A stretch of 64,000 nucleotides of DNA from Thermodesulfobacteriota bacterium (GCA_965216785.1 OZ244197.1:3040001-3104000), one strand, 5' to 3'. Shown: positions 1 to 11,400, numbered from the stretch's first letter. The notes: generated from the letters alone by a model not told the origin. A program made the numbers and translations.

Positions 1-3
1 GGA

Positions 4-1482
4 TTAAGGCCACTTATGTCTCAGCCTAAATAGGTCTAACTTCTCATAGTGTTTTTCAAGCTCAAAATTATATTTACCGCTAAGGCCTTCTCTGATGAGT
101 TTTCTGTTAGTAGGGTGCGCATGCATCACAACCCAAACGCTTTTATTCCCCAGGTTTTTAAATGTCGGGAATCTTTCTGACAGAGGTACCAATGTGATGT
201 CATCCCTGGTCTTATAATATTTCACGGATTTTTGCTCATGCTGAGGGTATACAACAATTATGTCCCCGTAACCCGCGCTGTTTTCTATCTCACTCATGAC
301 TTCACGCCACTGGTGTTTATATGTGTTTTTGTAATAAGCATCAATATTCACTGTGGAAAGGATTAGGATAACAACACCTATTGTGAGAACTACCCATCTG
401 TTTCTCAAACTATCAATACCCTTTGAGACAAGTAAATAGTAAGCGAGCGTTACACTTATGGCGTAGCGCGCAACGAACATAGGTGTGGATAAAACTGAGA
501 TAACCATGGGAATTAAAATAGGGACCGCATACCAGAGCAATAGGAGATAGACCCTGTAACTCTGTGATATGCCAAGCCCGGGGTTAACATTTTCATTAGC
601 CTTAAACACCCTCGTCATTCCCGGAATACCCGATATTCTCCGAAGTCCTATTATTGCAACAACAGCAAAGATAACAAACAGTACGAGAAGATATACAGAG
701 CCGGAATAATAGACCAGATACTGACCGAGCATCTCAAGAGTGGGCTCCTCAATCCAAAAAGAGTTCTGCATGGATGCCCTCATCTTAAGCATATGCGAAA
801 AACCGGGTATGAAGGTGAGAACAAGAATCAACTGCAGAAAAATCCACCGTTTTATACTTATTTCCCCTGTTTTTCTCTGTTTCAAAAATAGCGTGAGACA
901 AAATATATTTTGTGCGGCTATGATGAAAAGACCGAAGTAGTGCGTGTATATCATCAGAATGCTCGAAACAAGATAGAGGACGCTGTAAAAAATGCTCCTT
1001 CGAGCAGTAAGCTTCATGAGCGAGTAATAAGAAATGATGGATAGCAGTGCGATCAACGCGTACGCCCTTGCTTCCTGTGAGTACTGTATATGAAAAACCG
1101 AGACAGCAATTATAAGAGCGGCTATAATGCCGGCTCTTTTATTAAAGAGAAGTTTCCCCAGGGCATATATCGCAATTATAGAGACCGAGCCGAGTATAAC
1201 AGACATCAATCTTACAGAGAATTCCGAATCTCCGAAGACCAGAACCCAGAAATGAAGTAAAACATAATATAAAGGGGGATTCTTTTCAGCTGCGTTGTTT
1301 AGAACAGAGTTTATGATTTCAAACGCACCTCTTTTTGAAATCATTACGGAAAAAGCTTCATCAAACCAGATACTTTCGGCGGAAAGATTATAAATTCTGA
1401 GAAAAAGACCGAGAGCTAATATCAGTAGAAGCAGATAGTTATCTTTAACGAATTTCAGCAATGCACCCCCAACTCCCATCAT
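4..1482 (-). CDS. GT-C fold membrane glycosyltransferase (GT39/GT83, PMT_2/ArnT-like)
   Basis: Many TM helices; SIWFDEA acidic motif after TM1, NPPLYY, YSQEARAY motifs typical of polyprenyl-phosphate-sugar transferases. Confidence 0.85.
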   Translation of the reverse strand: MMGVGGALLKFVKDNYLLLLILALGLFLRIYNLSAESIWFDEAFSVMISKRGAFEIINSVLNNAAEKNPPLYYVLLHFWVLVFGDSEFSVRLMSVILGSVSIIAIYALGKLLFNKRAGIIAALIIAVSVFHIQYSQEARAYALIALLSIISYYSLMKLTARRSIFYSVLYLVSSILMIYTHYFGLFIIAAQNIFCLTLFLKQRKTGEISIKRWIFLQLILVLTFIPGFSHMLKMRASMQNSFWIEEPTLEMLGQYLVYYSGSVYLLVLFVIFAVVAIIGLRRISGIPGMTRVFKANENVNPGLGISQSYRVYLLLLWYAVPILIPMVISVLSTPMFVARYAISVTLAYYLLVSKGIDSLRNRWVVLTIGVVILILSTVNIDAYYKNTYKHQWREVMSEIENSAGYGDIIVVYPQHEQKSVKYYKTRDDITLVPLSERFPTFKNLGNKSVWVVMHAHPTNRKLIREGLSGKYNFELEKHYEKLDLFRLRHKWP

Positions 1483-1509
1483 TTTTCGCTGGGAACTGGA
1501 ATTAAACTG

Positions 1510-2565
1510 TTATGGCTTAACTAAAACTTTAATCGCATTATCAATTCTCTTGTCCATCAACTCGTAACCCCTGGGCGTCTCCTCTAAAGGCAGTCTGTGC
1601 GTAAGGACAAGGGTCGGGTCCAAACGGCCGTCCTCTACATGTTTCATCAAAGTAGGCATATAGGCTCTTGTAGGAGCAACTCCTCCGCGCAAATGAAGAT
1701 TCCTCAGGTAAAAGTCGGTTATATTCAGCGGGAATGGCTCCCAGAAAAGGCCCGTGATCGATACCGTACCACCAGGCCTGGTCAATTCGAGACAGGATTG
1801 CAGCGAATCCGTATTTCCCACACACTCAACAATGACGTCTGCGCCGCGCCCATCAGTCATATTCCTGACAATTTCAGATGCGTCCTCATTTTTTGAGTTA
1901 ATTACCTTAGTCGCTCCATACTTACTGGCTATGTCCAGTCTGTAGTCATGATGACCGACGGTTATTAGCTGCCCGGGCTCAAACAGAGTCGCAGCATACG
2001 TGGCGAACAATCCAACAGCCCCGTCTCCGTAAACCACCACGGTGTCCCCCGGCTTAATATCTCCGTTTAACGATCCGTGATAACCAGTGCATACATTATC
2101 TCCCAAAAGTAATGTCTTTTCGTCATAGCTGTCATCAGACAAGCTTTCGGGAGCCTTAACTAAAGTACCCTCTGCGTTGGGAACCCTCACATACTCCGCC
2201 TGACAGCCGCCCAGACCGCCAAGCAGGTCTCCGAAACCAAAACAAGCGCCTTGGACGCAGGAAGTGTGTAGGCCTTTCTCACAATAATAACATTTGTTAC
2301 AGCTGCACCAGAAAGGGCCTATCACTTTATCGCCCTTCTTAAGGTCTTTAACTTCGCTCCCGACCTCTTCGACCCTGCCCACAAATTCATGACCAACCGT
2401 ATCGCCTTCGTTTAACTGGAAGTGCCCTCTGTAGATGTGCAGATCAGAGCCACAGATTCCCCCGCTGGTTATTTTCACGATTACGTCCTTTGGATCTGTT
2501 ATAACCGGATCCGGAACATTATCTACCTCTACCTTATTAAGCCCTTTATACACTGTTGCTCTCAT
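1510..2565 (-). CDS. Zinc-dependent alcohol dehydrogenase (MDR, FDH-like subgroup)
   Basis: ICGSDLH, GHE catalytic Zn ligands; CxxCxxC structural Zn (CNKCYYC); GDGAVG nucleotide motif. Confidence 0.9.
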   Translation of the reverse strand: MRATVYKGLNKVEVDNVPDPVITDPKDVIVKITSGGICGSDLHIYRGHFQLNEGDTVGHEFVGRVEEVGSEVKDLKKGDKVIGPFWCSCNKCYYCEKGLHTSCVQGACFGFGDLLGGLGGCQAEYVRVPNAEGTLVKAPESLSDDSYDEKTLLLGDNVCTGYHGSLNGDIKPGDTVVVYGDGAVGLFATYAATLFEPGQLITVGHHDYRLDIASKYGATKVINSKNEDASEIVRNMTDGRGADVIVECVGNTDSLQSCLELTRPGGTVSITGLFWEPFPLNITDFYLRNLHLRGGVAPTRAYMPTLMKHVEDGRLDPTLVLTHRLPLEETPRGYELMDKRIDNAIKVLVKP

Positions 2566-2760
2566 TTTATATAGCCTCCGTAATGCTTTACTTCCATATA
2601 TTTAAGCTACATAAAACGAAAGTCTTTATCAATTCGTATACCAATCCGAAACAAAAAAGGGCTTTGATAGGGATTTTACATAATGGTACTATTTAGTAGT
2701 CAAGTTTCATAAACCATACGGATAGACTATAGATAGAGCTACATATAGTGAGGAGTCGAA

Positions 2761-5199
2761 ATGAGAAAGGTACAGGAACTAAAACCCGCTCAGGCTTACA
2801 AAGTTTGCGATTTAAGCACACTTGGGTTTAAAACGACAGATGAGCTACCCCCATGCACGGATTTCATAGGACAAAACAGAGCTGTAGACGCTATTCATTT
2901 CGGCCTTGGAATCGAATACGCGGGCTACAATCTATATCTCTCGGGTCCGACCGGGGTAGGAAAAACAACAACCATAGAAAGGATACTTTCAACAGTAGCC
3001 AAAGATAAACCCACTCCTCATGACTGGTGCTACGTATATAACTTCCGTGATGCCAACGAGCCTAAAGCAATTGAGCTTCCTCAGGGGAAAGGGAAGGTTT
3101 TTAAAAAAGATATGGACGATTTCCTGAATGTCCTCAAGACCGATATTCCAAGAGCCTTTGAAAGTAAGGAATTTGAAGAACAGAAGCAGTCTATTTTAAA
3201 TGAGTTTCAGAAACAAAAAAATATACTCTACGACAAACTCCAGAAAACGGCGGGTGAAAGCAACATTCAGGTGCAGTTCTCACCAACGGGAATCATCACA
3301 ATCCCTTTGATTGAAGGAAAACCTGTAACACAAGAAAACTATAACGCTCTGGATGAAGCGACGAAGGAAGAGATAAAGAAAAAGAAGGAAAAAATCGATA
3401 TAAAGGTCGCCGAATCACTAAAAGACGCGCGCAAGCTCGACCAAGAAGCAATGGACAAGGTAAAAGAGCTTGAGAAAAAGGTCGCCCTTTTCTCGGTGAG
3501 AGACCTAATTGATAATTTAAGAGAGAAATATAAAAGCCACCCGAAAGTAATAGACCATTTTGATCAGATACAAAAACATATACTCGAGAATATAGACAAT
3601 TTCCTGCCCAGTAAAAACATGCCCCAGGGCGGCATGATGCCTTTCAGCATGCCTAAGCAGGAGCCTATGTTTACTGAATACAAAGTCAATGTGTTTATCG
3701 ATAATTCTGACACACAGGGGGCTCCCATTATTTTCGAGGCCCACCCGACCTATATAAACCTGTTCGGATCCATAGAAAAAGAAGCCAGGTTCGGAGCTCT
3801 CGTAACCGACTTCACAATGATACGTGCAGGCTCTCTTGCAAAGGCGGACGGAGGGTATCTGGTGCTAGACGCGCTTGATATATTCAAATACCCCTACGTT
3901 TGGGATTCTCTTAAAAAAGCGCTGGAAAATGAAGAGCTCAGGATCGAGGACCTTTATCAGCAATACGGTTTTACAAGCACCGTGGGTATTAGACCCGAAC
4001 CCGTAAAACTACAGGTAAAGGTAATAATTGCCGGCAACTCCTACCTCTACCAGATGCTCTACGCGTACGACGAGGACTTCAGAAAGCTCTTTAAAGTAAA
4101 GGCGGACTTTGACTCGGTAGTTGAAAGAAACGATGAGTCAGTCAACTCATACTCGTGCTTTATCAAATCAATTTGTGATGGTGACGGCCTAAAACCCCTT
4201 GACAGAAGCGGCGTCGAGACGTTGATAGAATACTCTTCCAGGATCGCGGGCGACCAGAACAAGCTCTCTGTAGAGCTCGGGGGGATTACAAAAATACTTA
4301 AAGAGGCAGACTACTGGGCCAAAATGGATAACGGCAGCGAGCTTACAAAGAGGGAGCACGTAGAGAAAGCGATTGACGAGAAGATATACAGGTCGAATAT
4401 GGTAGAGGAAAAGATACGAGAGATGATCTCAAAGGGGATCATCATGGTGGATACGGAAGGGGTGGCAGTCGGGCAGATAAACGGCCTTGCGGTTTACAAC
4501 ATGGGGGACTACGCGTTCGGACGACCTTCCAAGATATCGTGTGAAACATATATGGGCACAGAAGGCGTAATGAACATAGAAAGAAAGGCGAGACTTAGCG
4601 GCAATATCCACGATAAAGGCGTACTCATACTAAGCGGTTACATAGGTAGCACCTATGCACAGAAAAAACCGCTCAGCCTCTCTGCCAGCATCGGATTTGA
4701 GCAGAGCTATGACGTAATAGACGGCGACAGCGCCTCTGCAGCGGAGCTTATTGTTCTGTTCTCCAGCCTCTCTGGTGTTCCAATCAAACAGAGCCTCGCT
4801 ATCACAGGCTCAGTCAACCAAAAAGGACAGATTCAGCCGATCGGCGGAGTTAACGAAAAAATTGAGGGGTTCTACCAGGTTTGTAAGACAAAGGGGTTCA
4901 CAGGCGAGCAGGGAGTTGTAATTCCCCATCAAAACGTCAGAAACTTGATGCTCAAAAAACAAGTTGTGCAGGATATTAAAAATGGTAAGTTTCACGTATA
5001 TCCAGTTGAAACAATCGATCAAGCCCTAGAGATACTAACCGGCAAAGAGGCCGGCGCTAGAGGCGCGAGCGGAAAATTCAAGAGAGGATCTGTGAATTAC
5101 CTGGTAGATAAAAAATTAAAAGAATATGCTGAAGACTATAGAAAATTTGGCAGACTGGGCGCCGGCAAAAAGAGTAACGGCTCAAGCTCAGAGACCTAA
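2761..5199 (+). CDS. Lon-like ATP-dependent protease (LonC/YcbZ-type AAA + Lon_C domain)
   Basis: Walker A GPTGVGKT; coiled-coil insert; GDSAS catalytic Ser and GGVNEKIEGF Lys; SD GAGGAG upstream. Confidence 0.9.
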   Translation: MRKVQELKPAQAYKVCDLSTLGFKTTDELPPCTDFIGQNRAVDAIHFGLGIEYAGYNLYLSGPTGVGKTTTIERILSTVAKDKPTPHDWCYVYNFRDANEPKAIELPQGKGKVFKKDMDDFLNVLKTDIPRAFESKEFEEQKQSILNEFQKQKNILYDKLQKTAGESNIQVQFSPTGIITIPLIEGKPVTQENYNALDEATKEEIKKKKEKIDIKVAESLKDARKLDQEAMDKVKELEKKVALFSVRDLIDNLREKYKSHPKVIDHFDQIQKHILENIDNFLPSKNMPQGGMMPFSMPKQEPMFTEYKVNVFIDNSDTQGAPIIFEAHPTYINLFGSIEKEARFGALVTDFTMIRAGSLAKADGGYLVLDALDIFKYPYVWDSLKKALENEELRIEDLYQQYGFTSTVGIRPEPVKLQVKVIIAGNSYLYQMLYAYDEDFRKLFKVKADFDSVVERNDESVNSYSCFIKSICDGDGLKPLDRSGVETLIEYSSRIAGDQNKLSVELGGITKILKEADYWAKMDNGSELTKREHVEKAIDEKIYRSNMVEEKIREMISKGIIMVDTEGVAVGQINGLAVYNMGDYAFGRPSKISCETYMGTEGVMNIERKARLSGNIHDKGVLILSGYIGSTYAQKKPLSLSASIGFEQSYDVIDGDSASAAELIVLFSSLSGVPIKQSLAITGSVNQKGQIQPIGGVNEKIEGFYQVCKTKGFTGEQGVVIPHQNVRNLMLKKQVVQDIKNGKFHVYPVETIDQALEILTGKEAGARGASGKFKRGSVNYLVDKKLKEYAEDYRKFGRLGAGKKSNGSSSET

Positions 5200-5203
5200 C
5201 TCC

Positions 5204-5950
5204 CTAGCGTGAGGGGAGTGTATGTCTTTTTTTATTATATCCGAATAAGCTCACAAAACCTCCGAACGCCGCATCGCTAAGCTTTTTTAGGCGCTCGATA
5301 TACTCCTGCGTATCCTCCATGATAACACCAGGGTCTATCTTGCCGTTAAGGGCTTCTATCTCCTTTTTATTTGCGGGAACGTTAAGCCAGCGCTCGATCA
5401 TAGGCTCATCTACTTCAAGGTGAAACTGAAAACCGTATATATTGTCTCCCAAGCGAAACGCCTGGTTCTCGCATAATGGAGAAGACGCCAAGCGCACCGC
5501 GTCCTCGGGAATTTCAAAGGTATCCCCGTGCCACTGAAATATCTTTTCGACCCCGGAAAATGTAGACATTAGCGGGTCAGAGGCTCCTTCTTCGGTGGGA
5601 GATACATCGTACCACCCTATTTCCTTCTCAGGATTCTTTTTGACTTTTGCCCCGAGGGCTTTTGCCAGGAGCTGGGACCCAAGACATATCCCGAGTATAG
5701 GGAAGCCCCTTTCCATAGCGTCTTTAATAAGCCTGACTTCGGTTTCTAAGAACGGATAGTCCCCCGTCTCATCTACGTTCATCGGTCCCCCGAGAACTAT
5801 GAGACCCTCATATCCCTCAAGGCTCGGCTCAGCATCGGGGTAGCGCTCGAAATTTACGTACTTGATCCTGAAACCCGCGTTTCTTAAAAGCGGGTCCAGA
5901 GTACCGAGTATTTCATATGCAACATGCTGAAAAACGAGTATTTTAGCCAA
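5204..5950 (-). CDS. Class I glutamine amidotransferase (GMP-synthase-like / peptidase C26-like)
   Basis: LGGPM, GICLGSQ nucleophile Cys, QFHLE His-Glu; TTG start. Confidence 0.9.
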   Translation of the reverse strand: MAKILVFQHVAYEILGTLDPLLRNAGFRIKYVNFERYPDAEPSLEGYEGLIVLGGPMNVDETGDYPFLETEVRLIKDAMERGFPILGICLGSQLLAKALGAKVKKNPEKEIGWYDVSPTEEGASDPLMSTFSGVEKIFQWHGDTFEIPEDAVRLASSPLCENQAFRLGDNIYGFQFHLEVDEPMIERWLNVPANKKEIEALNGKIDPGVIMEDTQEYIERLKKLSDAAFGGFVSLFGYNKKRHTLPSR

Positions 5951-6052
5951 CTAAATGTACCTTCCCTTGTGGATATTCCCGAAACTTTCAATCGAGAATA
6001 TTACCCTGTTCATTTGCTTATGGAAATTTATTACAAGTAACAGCGGGCGGAT

Positions 6053-6083
6053 AAAAAAAGAGACGGCACTCGGGCCGCCTCTT
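6053..6083 (-). terminator. Probable intrinsic terminator after the nucleotidyltransferase gene
   Basis: Minus strand AAGAGGCGGC-ccgagt-GCCGTCTCTT hairpin running into a T tract. Confidence 0.7.
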
Positions 6084-6132
6084 AATTTTAAGAATTTCGA
6101 ATTAATATCCCATCCGTATTGCAGGGCGGAAT

Positions 6133-6591
6133 TTACTCTCCTTTTAGATACTTCACAACATCTTCCTGTATAGACTCGTCTACCAGCTCTCTCCAATCAT
6201 CATTTCCTTCTGTGATCGAAGATCTGATCTTGGTAGCCGAAACCCAGCCTATGTTCTCAGGCGGGAAGAATTCGTTCATCTCGTAACCTACTCCCCTACC
6301 CCAGTTAACAGACTCGATGTCCGGGATTATCATCACAACTACGTCATCCCCCTTACTCTCATGATACTTTCTGATCATATCAACAGTCTGCTCTGTGGTA
6401 AAAGGGTTTTTCTCGTCCGGGGGAATATCTCTAACCATGATAAGACATGGTACACCCCTGTCTAGTTTCTGTTTAACAAGCGTTACGTGCCCGATATGAT
6501 AAGGCTGGTATCTGCCTATAAATATTGCCCTTTTGCTATTATCAGGAGCAATTTCCGGATGCCCGTGATTTGTAACATTCCATTCACTCAT
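6133..6591 (-). CDS. Small HxGH nucleotidyltransferase (cytidylyl/adenylyltransferase family)
   Basis: FIGRYQPYHIGH, KNPF and SATKIR motifs; SD GAGGTG upstream. Confidence 0.8.
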   Translation of the reverse strand: MSEWNVTNHGHPEIAPDNSKRAIFIGRYQPYHIGHVTLVKQKLDRGVPCLIMVRDIPPDEKNPFTTEQTVDMIRKYHESKGDDVVVMIIPDIESVNWGRGVGYEMNEFFPPENIGWVSATKIRSSITEGNDDWRELVDESIQEDVVKYLKGE

Positions 6592-6744
6592 TTAATTCAC
6601 CTCTCAATTATTTTCAAGATTTTGCTTCGGTATTACATAGAATAGATTAACTCTATAAGAAACATATCCAACTCATACCCCAGCAATCAGGATGTTGATT
6701 ATACCAGTTGGAGTACTTTTTTCAATCCGGAGCACTCTGCTGCA

Positions 6745-7371
6745 CTAGAGCATTTTCGCAATGGTTTTCTTCACGGCTCTTGCGAGTTTATGATGCTCCC
6801 CGGGCTCTAGATGAACACCGTCCGCAGTGCTCGTCTTAACATGCTTTGAAGAATCGAGGAATTCTACACCAGAGGTCTTAGCGCCGACTTTATAAAGTCC
6901 CGAAAGCTCTTTTGATATCTTCTCCCTTCCCTTGAAAAACAGATCCATAAGCGGGGACAGCTGCCCAAGCGGTGGAGGGGAAATCAGTAAAATCTCGGGA
7001 GCGCCGAATCCAGGACCTGCATGGCTCTTCTGGATTTTCCAGACTAGGGATAAACAGGCTGTTGTTATATTTCTAGCGTTGTAATCAAACCCAAGCCATA
7101 AGTCGTTTGTGCCGAGCATAATAATTACTATGTCAATGGGCGTGTGTGTATCGAGCACCATTTCCAGAACCTCAGCGCCGTTTCTACCTGGTAGAAACGG
7201 GCTGTCAGAATTTATAGTTCTGCCCGGAAGCGCCTCCTCTACTACCCGCACCTGCCCGTTCATTTCAAGCTCTAGTATTCCCGGCCAGCGTTGATCAAAT
7301 GCATACCTGGTCCCGTCATCAGGGTTATACCCCCAAGTAACCGAATCGCCGAAGCAAAGAACTGTTTTCAT
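6745..7371 (-). CDS. SGNH/GDSL hydrolase (arylesterase-like)
   Basis: FGDSVTWG, LPGRT, LGTND, DGVH blocks; start moved to ATG at 7371 behind AAGGGG. Confidence 0.9.
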   Translation of the reverse strand: MKTVLCFGDSVTWGYNPDDGTRYAFDQRWPGILELEMNGQVRVVEEALPGRTINSDSPFLPGRNGAEVLEMVLDTHTPIDIVIIMLGTNDLWLGFDYNARNITTACLSLVWKIQKSHAGPGFGAPEILLISPPPLGQLSPLMDLFFKGREKISKELSGLYKVGAKTSGVEFLDSSKHVKTSTADGVHLEPGEHHKLARAVKKTIAKML

Positions 7372-7411
7372 GATTTTTCCCCTTAGTGATTTCAATTAGT
7401 AGACTTTATAT

Positions 7412-8098
7412 CTAATCTGTTTCGCGCCAACTACCCTTTTTAGTCTCTTTTTCCAAACTCTTATCAAGCATATTTAAAAACGACTCCCTGTCCACCTCTC
7501 TTCCGCCCATACTCTTCATATGATCATTAGGCACCTGTGAGTCTATGAAATCAAAATCCCAACTCTTAAGTCTTTCAACCAGGTAATATAGCGCTATTTT
7601 AGACGCGTTACTCTTATCATAAAACATCGATTCCCCGAAAAATGCTCCGCCTAGAGAAACTCCGTATAACCCGCCAACGAGTGCGCCCTCATGGTATGTC
7701 TCGACACAATGAGCATAACCCCTTTTGTGAAGCTCGCAGTACGCCTCGATCATTTCATCCGTTATCCATGTGCCGTCCTGTCCCTTACGGCCTTTTTTAG
7801 CGCAGCTTTGAACAACTTCATTAAATGAAGTATCGAACTTCACCATGAACTCGCCCTGCCTGATGATCTTTTGTAATTTTTTTGTAACACTAAGCTCGTC
7901 CAAGAAAATAACTAGCCTGGGGTCGGGCGAAAACCAAAGGATCGGATCACCCTCAGAAAACCATGGGAAGATACCGCTCTTATATGCTGTAATGAGCCTC
8001 TCTGTGCTCAGGTCACCTCCAACTGCAAGCAGACCGTTTGACTCTGCGTGCACAGGGTGAGGGAATCTGATTGAATCATCGAGCAGAAAAACAGGCAT
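7412..8098 (-). CDS. aat: Leucyl/phenylalanyl-tRNA--protein transferase
   Basis: GLLAVGGDLS, GIFPW, GGLYGV, FFGESMF, ASKIAL motifs. Confidence 0.95.
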   Translation of the reverse strand: MPVFLLDDSIRFPHPVHAESNGLLAVGGDLSTERLITAYKSGIFPWFSEGDPILWFSPDPRLVIFLDELSVTKKLQKIIRQGEFMVKFDTSFNEVVQSCAKKGRKGQDGTWITDEMIEAYCELHKRGYAHCVETYHEGALVGGLYGVSLGGAFFGESMFYDKSNASKIALYYLVERLKSWDFDFIDSQVPNDHMKSMGGREVDRESFLNMLDKSLEKETKKGSWRETD

Positions 8099-8192
8099 AG
8101 AGAAATTTTATACTCAATTTAGAAATTCTAAAGTCCTTTGTTATAGCCCTGCATTAAAGTATATATTGAGCTCAATATGCTCCTATATTTCC

Positions 8193-8474
8193 TTATAACT
8201 CGCTGTGACCCAGATCTTTTTCGGGAGCAGTAATGTCGCGGACAATCTTTTTTAACTCTTTTATATCGGGGAAGCGTCCCTTGTCTTTTCTACTCCACAC
8301 GAGCTCGTCATCGACCCTTACTTCAAATATGCCCCCGGTACCCGGTGAAAGGGAAACTTCCTCTATCTCCTGCGCGAATGTCGTCAGAATCTCCTGGGCC
8401 ATCCAGCTTGCTCTCAGAAGCCAGCCGCACTGCTGGCAGTAGGTTATGTTAATCCTGCTCCCCGTTTTCTCCAT
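8193..8474 (-). CDS. Rdx (SelT/SelW/SelH) family thioredoxin-like protein
   Basis: ITYCQQCGWLLRASWMAQEIL, GGIFEV, KDLGHS signature. Confidence 0.9.
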   Translation of the reverse strand: MEKTGSRINITYCQQCGWLLRASWMAQEILTTFAQEIEEVSLSPGTGGIFEVRVDDELVWSRKDKGRFPDIKELKKIVRDITAPEKDLGHSEL

Positions 8475-11400
8475 TTTCTCCGTTCTCTTTTTCCCGGCGC
8501 TCTTCTTCTTTTGCTTTTTCCTTCTCGAGCCCCGATTCCACAGGTTTTATCAAAGTCACGGGAATATTAAGGGTCTCTTTTATAATAGTAATGAGACCTG
8601 ATTTTAACGTATGTGGCGAAAGCTGTGATATTTCAGGATCAGACCAGCTGCCTGTGATCTTTACAGGTATCGACGAGCTCTTTTCTCCGAACAGCTGACT
8701 TATGAGCGGAATCTTATCGATAACCGAATCTACTGCTAATATTGGGATTACAACAAGCTCAAGATCTAGGCTCTTCTCAACAAGGTCCACAGAGCCGCTG
8801 CATGCGACTTTCAGTGACGGACCGTCCATCGCGGCCCTGGTAATGTTCATCTTACCGTCTTTAATCTCAGCGCTTGCTGTCAGAAGGTTATAAGGAAAGC
8901 CTTCTTCCGCGAAATCTGCGCCCTTTCCTCTGAAAATCTCTCCGAAATTCAGCACAGTTAAAAATTTCGCAAGCGCGCCGTATTTCTGCACCCGTCCGTC
9001 AATTGAGGTAAGCTTGAGCTCACCTTCAAGCGATTTCACTACATTCCCGTTACTTCCGTTTGAATATATATTGCCATCGAAATCGTATTCCCCCGTAATA
9101 ATTCCCGCCTTTTCAAACAAACAATCCAAAGTCTTTTCAAAATCTTCGCTTGTGGACTTGGGCTTAAAGTCCAATTTTAGCGCCGGCGGCGTTACTTCGA
9201 AATAACCCGGGGTGGATATACCGCAGAGCAAGGCGTTTTGTATATTTACATCTATATCCTGCCCTGAAAACTCCACGTCCCCGTCAACCGAGTCCCAGTT
9301 AAACCCCTTATATGTAAATGCCTGAGAATTAAAATTCACGTTGCCATATATCGGAGAGCGGGGCTTGTTAATTTTCTCAGGCTCTGTAACCTCAGGCTCT
9401 TGCCGATCTGTCTCGGGCTCTGTCCACTCGAACGAATCCGCGTTTACGTTAATATCAAGTCTATATTCCTTAGTCCGGGCCTCTGGTCCCGCGGTAAGTC
9501 CGCCTGTTTCAACCGCCTGAGAGTTTTTAGACGACTCAATGGTAACGCTTGAGTCGGAAATCGAAACATCTCCCAGCACGCTAATCTGCTTTGGCACTTT
9601 TACCATCTGAGATACTACGTTTGAGGTATCAGCATCGATATTACCACTGAAATTTAGCTCAAGACCGAAATTATGACTTAAATAGTCCCACATATTTAAG
9701 TCGACATTAACGGATGAGCTTTGCGTTTTAAGATTTGTCTCGGAAAAAGAGATATTGTCCGGCGTAACGTTAAAACTTGAATTCTCCGTAGTAACAGTCT
9801 CGTCCAGCCCTCTCAAAAGTACACCCAGACTTTTCATCTCCCCGGATGACTCTATTTTCCATTGCCGGGGCTCTAGGACAGGACCTGAGAAGCTAAAGGG
9901 CGAGAAGTGAAGCGAGCCGCTTAAAGACTCGATATGCCCAAGGTGCTTTTCCATCTGTTCATGTGATGACAACCACGGATAAAACTCCTTCAGATCAATA
10001 TTCATTGTCTCAGAATTTATTGTTAATAGGCGTATATCTTTCCACTTAAAAGAACCTGACATGGCGTTTGAGGTGAAAGCGCCGACCGATACATTCATAT
10101 CACCCACTTCTATAAATTTATCAGTGTAGTCAAACTTTCCTCCGTCTATTTTTACCGGGTACGGCACCCTGCCGTAATCGGCCGTCAGCACATAGGAGGT
10201 CGCTGAAAAACTCACTTTCGGAGATTTTTTATTATCCCCTACTACCATCTTCCCCTGTGCCCTGCCGTCAATATTCGTTATCATTGAAAGCTCTTCCTGA
10301 AAACCCTCGTCGTGAACGAACCTTTTTAGTAAAGGCGTTATGTCGTTTAAATCTGCATCTGCCTGTATGTCCAGGTTCAGTGGCCCGACCGGCCCTTCGG
10401 TACCGACAACCAAAGACCCTCCGCTACCGCTTGAGTTCCCCATCTTAGCATTTAAATTTTCCCCTTTCAGAAGACCGTCGGCTATAAGCGCATCACCGCT
10501 CACGTCTGTGAGGTCAAGCTCTGCCCCGGGTATAAAGATTTTTCCGTCTTCCATTTTACCCTTTACAACATAGTTGCCTTTATGAAATAGGTCTTTAATA
10601 GAGCTGCCCTTGGCCGTGAGTGTAATCTCGGGTACTGTGCCGCCCTTTACTATCTTAAAGATTGTATCGACAACATGGTTATGCCCCGCTGTCAGTAGCG
10701 CTCCCTTTCTTGCAGGCTCCACTACGACATCTTTACCCTCAATATTTAAAGTCATTTCACCCTTGGTTTTGTCACTGCTAAAACTGCCTTTTGCCTTTAA
10801 GCCAGGGTTTAACAGGTTAGCTTTATTTAAATTTACTCTAGCGGTATTTTGATCCGCATATATATCTACTTGAAGATCTTTACCGGATATTTTGAGCTCC
10901 TCGCCTCCCTTAGCAAGGGTAAGCTTATGAGTCGGGCTTTTAAGTTTTAGATTAAATACCTCTAGCTCTTTTATATCAAACCCCAGTGTTAGGTCTACGT
11001 TTGACTCGCTAAATAGATTCTCTTCAGGCTTTATTAGGTTAATTACTTTATGGGGGTGGAAGCCTATGAGTCTGAGTGATCCGCGGGTATCATAGCTCTC
11101 TGTATTCACCCAGCCGTTAAAAACAATTCGATCGGATAAACTGGAATTGCCTGTGACGTACAGATTCAACTTATCGTTAGGGTAATCGATTGTAGAGTTA
11201 AAGCGGTTCAAGTATAAGTAATCATCACCATTCTTTACAATGCTCAGCTCACCGTTTTTTATCTCCAGCTTACTGTCTTTTTCATTCGTATCGAGAAAAT
11301 TAAGGACAGTAATAACCTTGGATTTAAAGCCTTTAAGCGTCAAAGGTTCCGCCGCAGGCACTTTTATCTCATCCGGGTTCTCTTCCATAAAAAATTTAAC

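Noticed and set aside
5951-6196. Two short ORFs (81 aa and 72 aa) spanning the intergenic region
   Set aside because: They cross a terminator and a promoter region and overlap the neighbouring gene; no coding signature
8193-8474. Possible selenoprotein (SelW family)
   Set aside because: The motif is CQQC with ordinary Cys codons; no in-frame TGA
8449-8495. Short tandem repeat encoding ENGENGENG at the AsmA C-terminus
   Set aside because: Low-complexity tail overlapping the start of the Rdx gene; too short and degenerate to suggest phase variation
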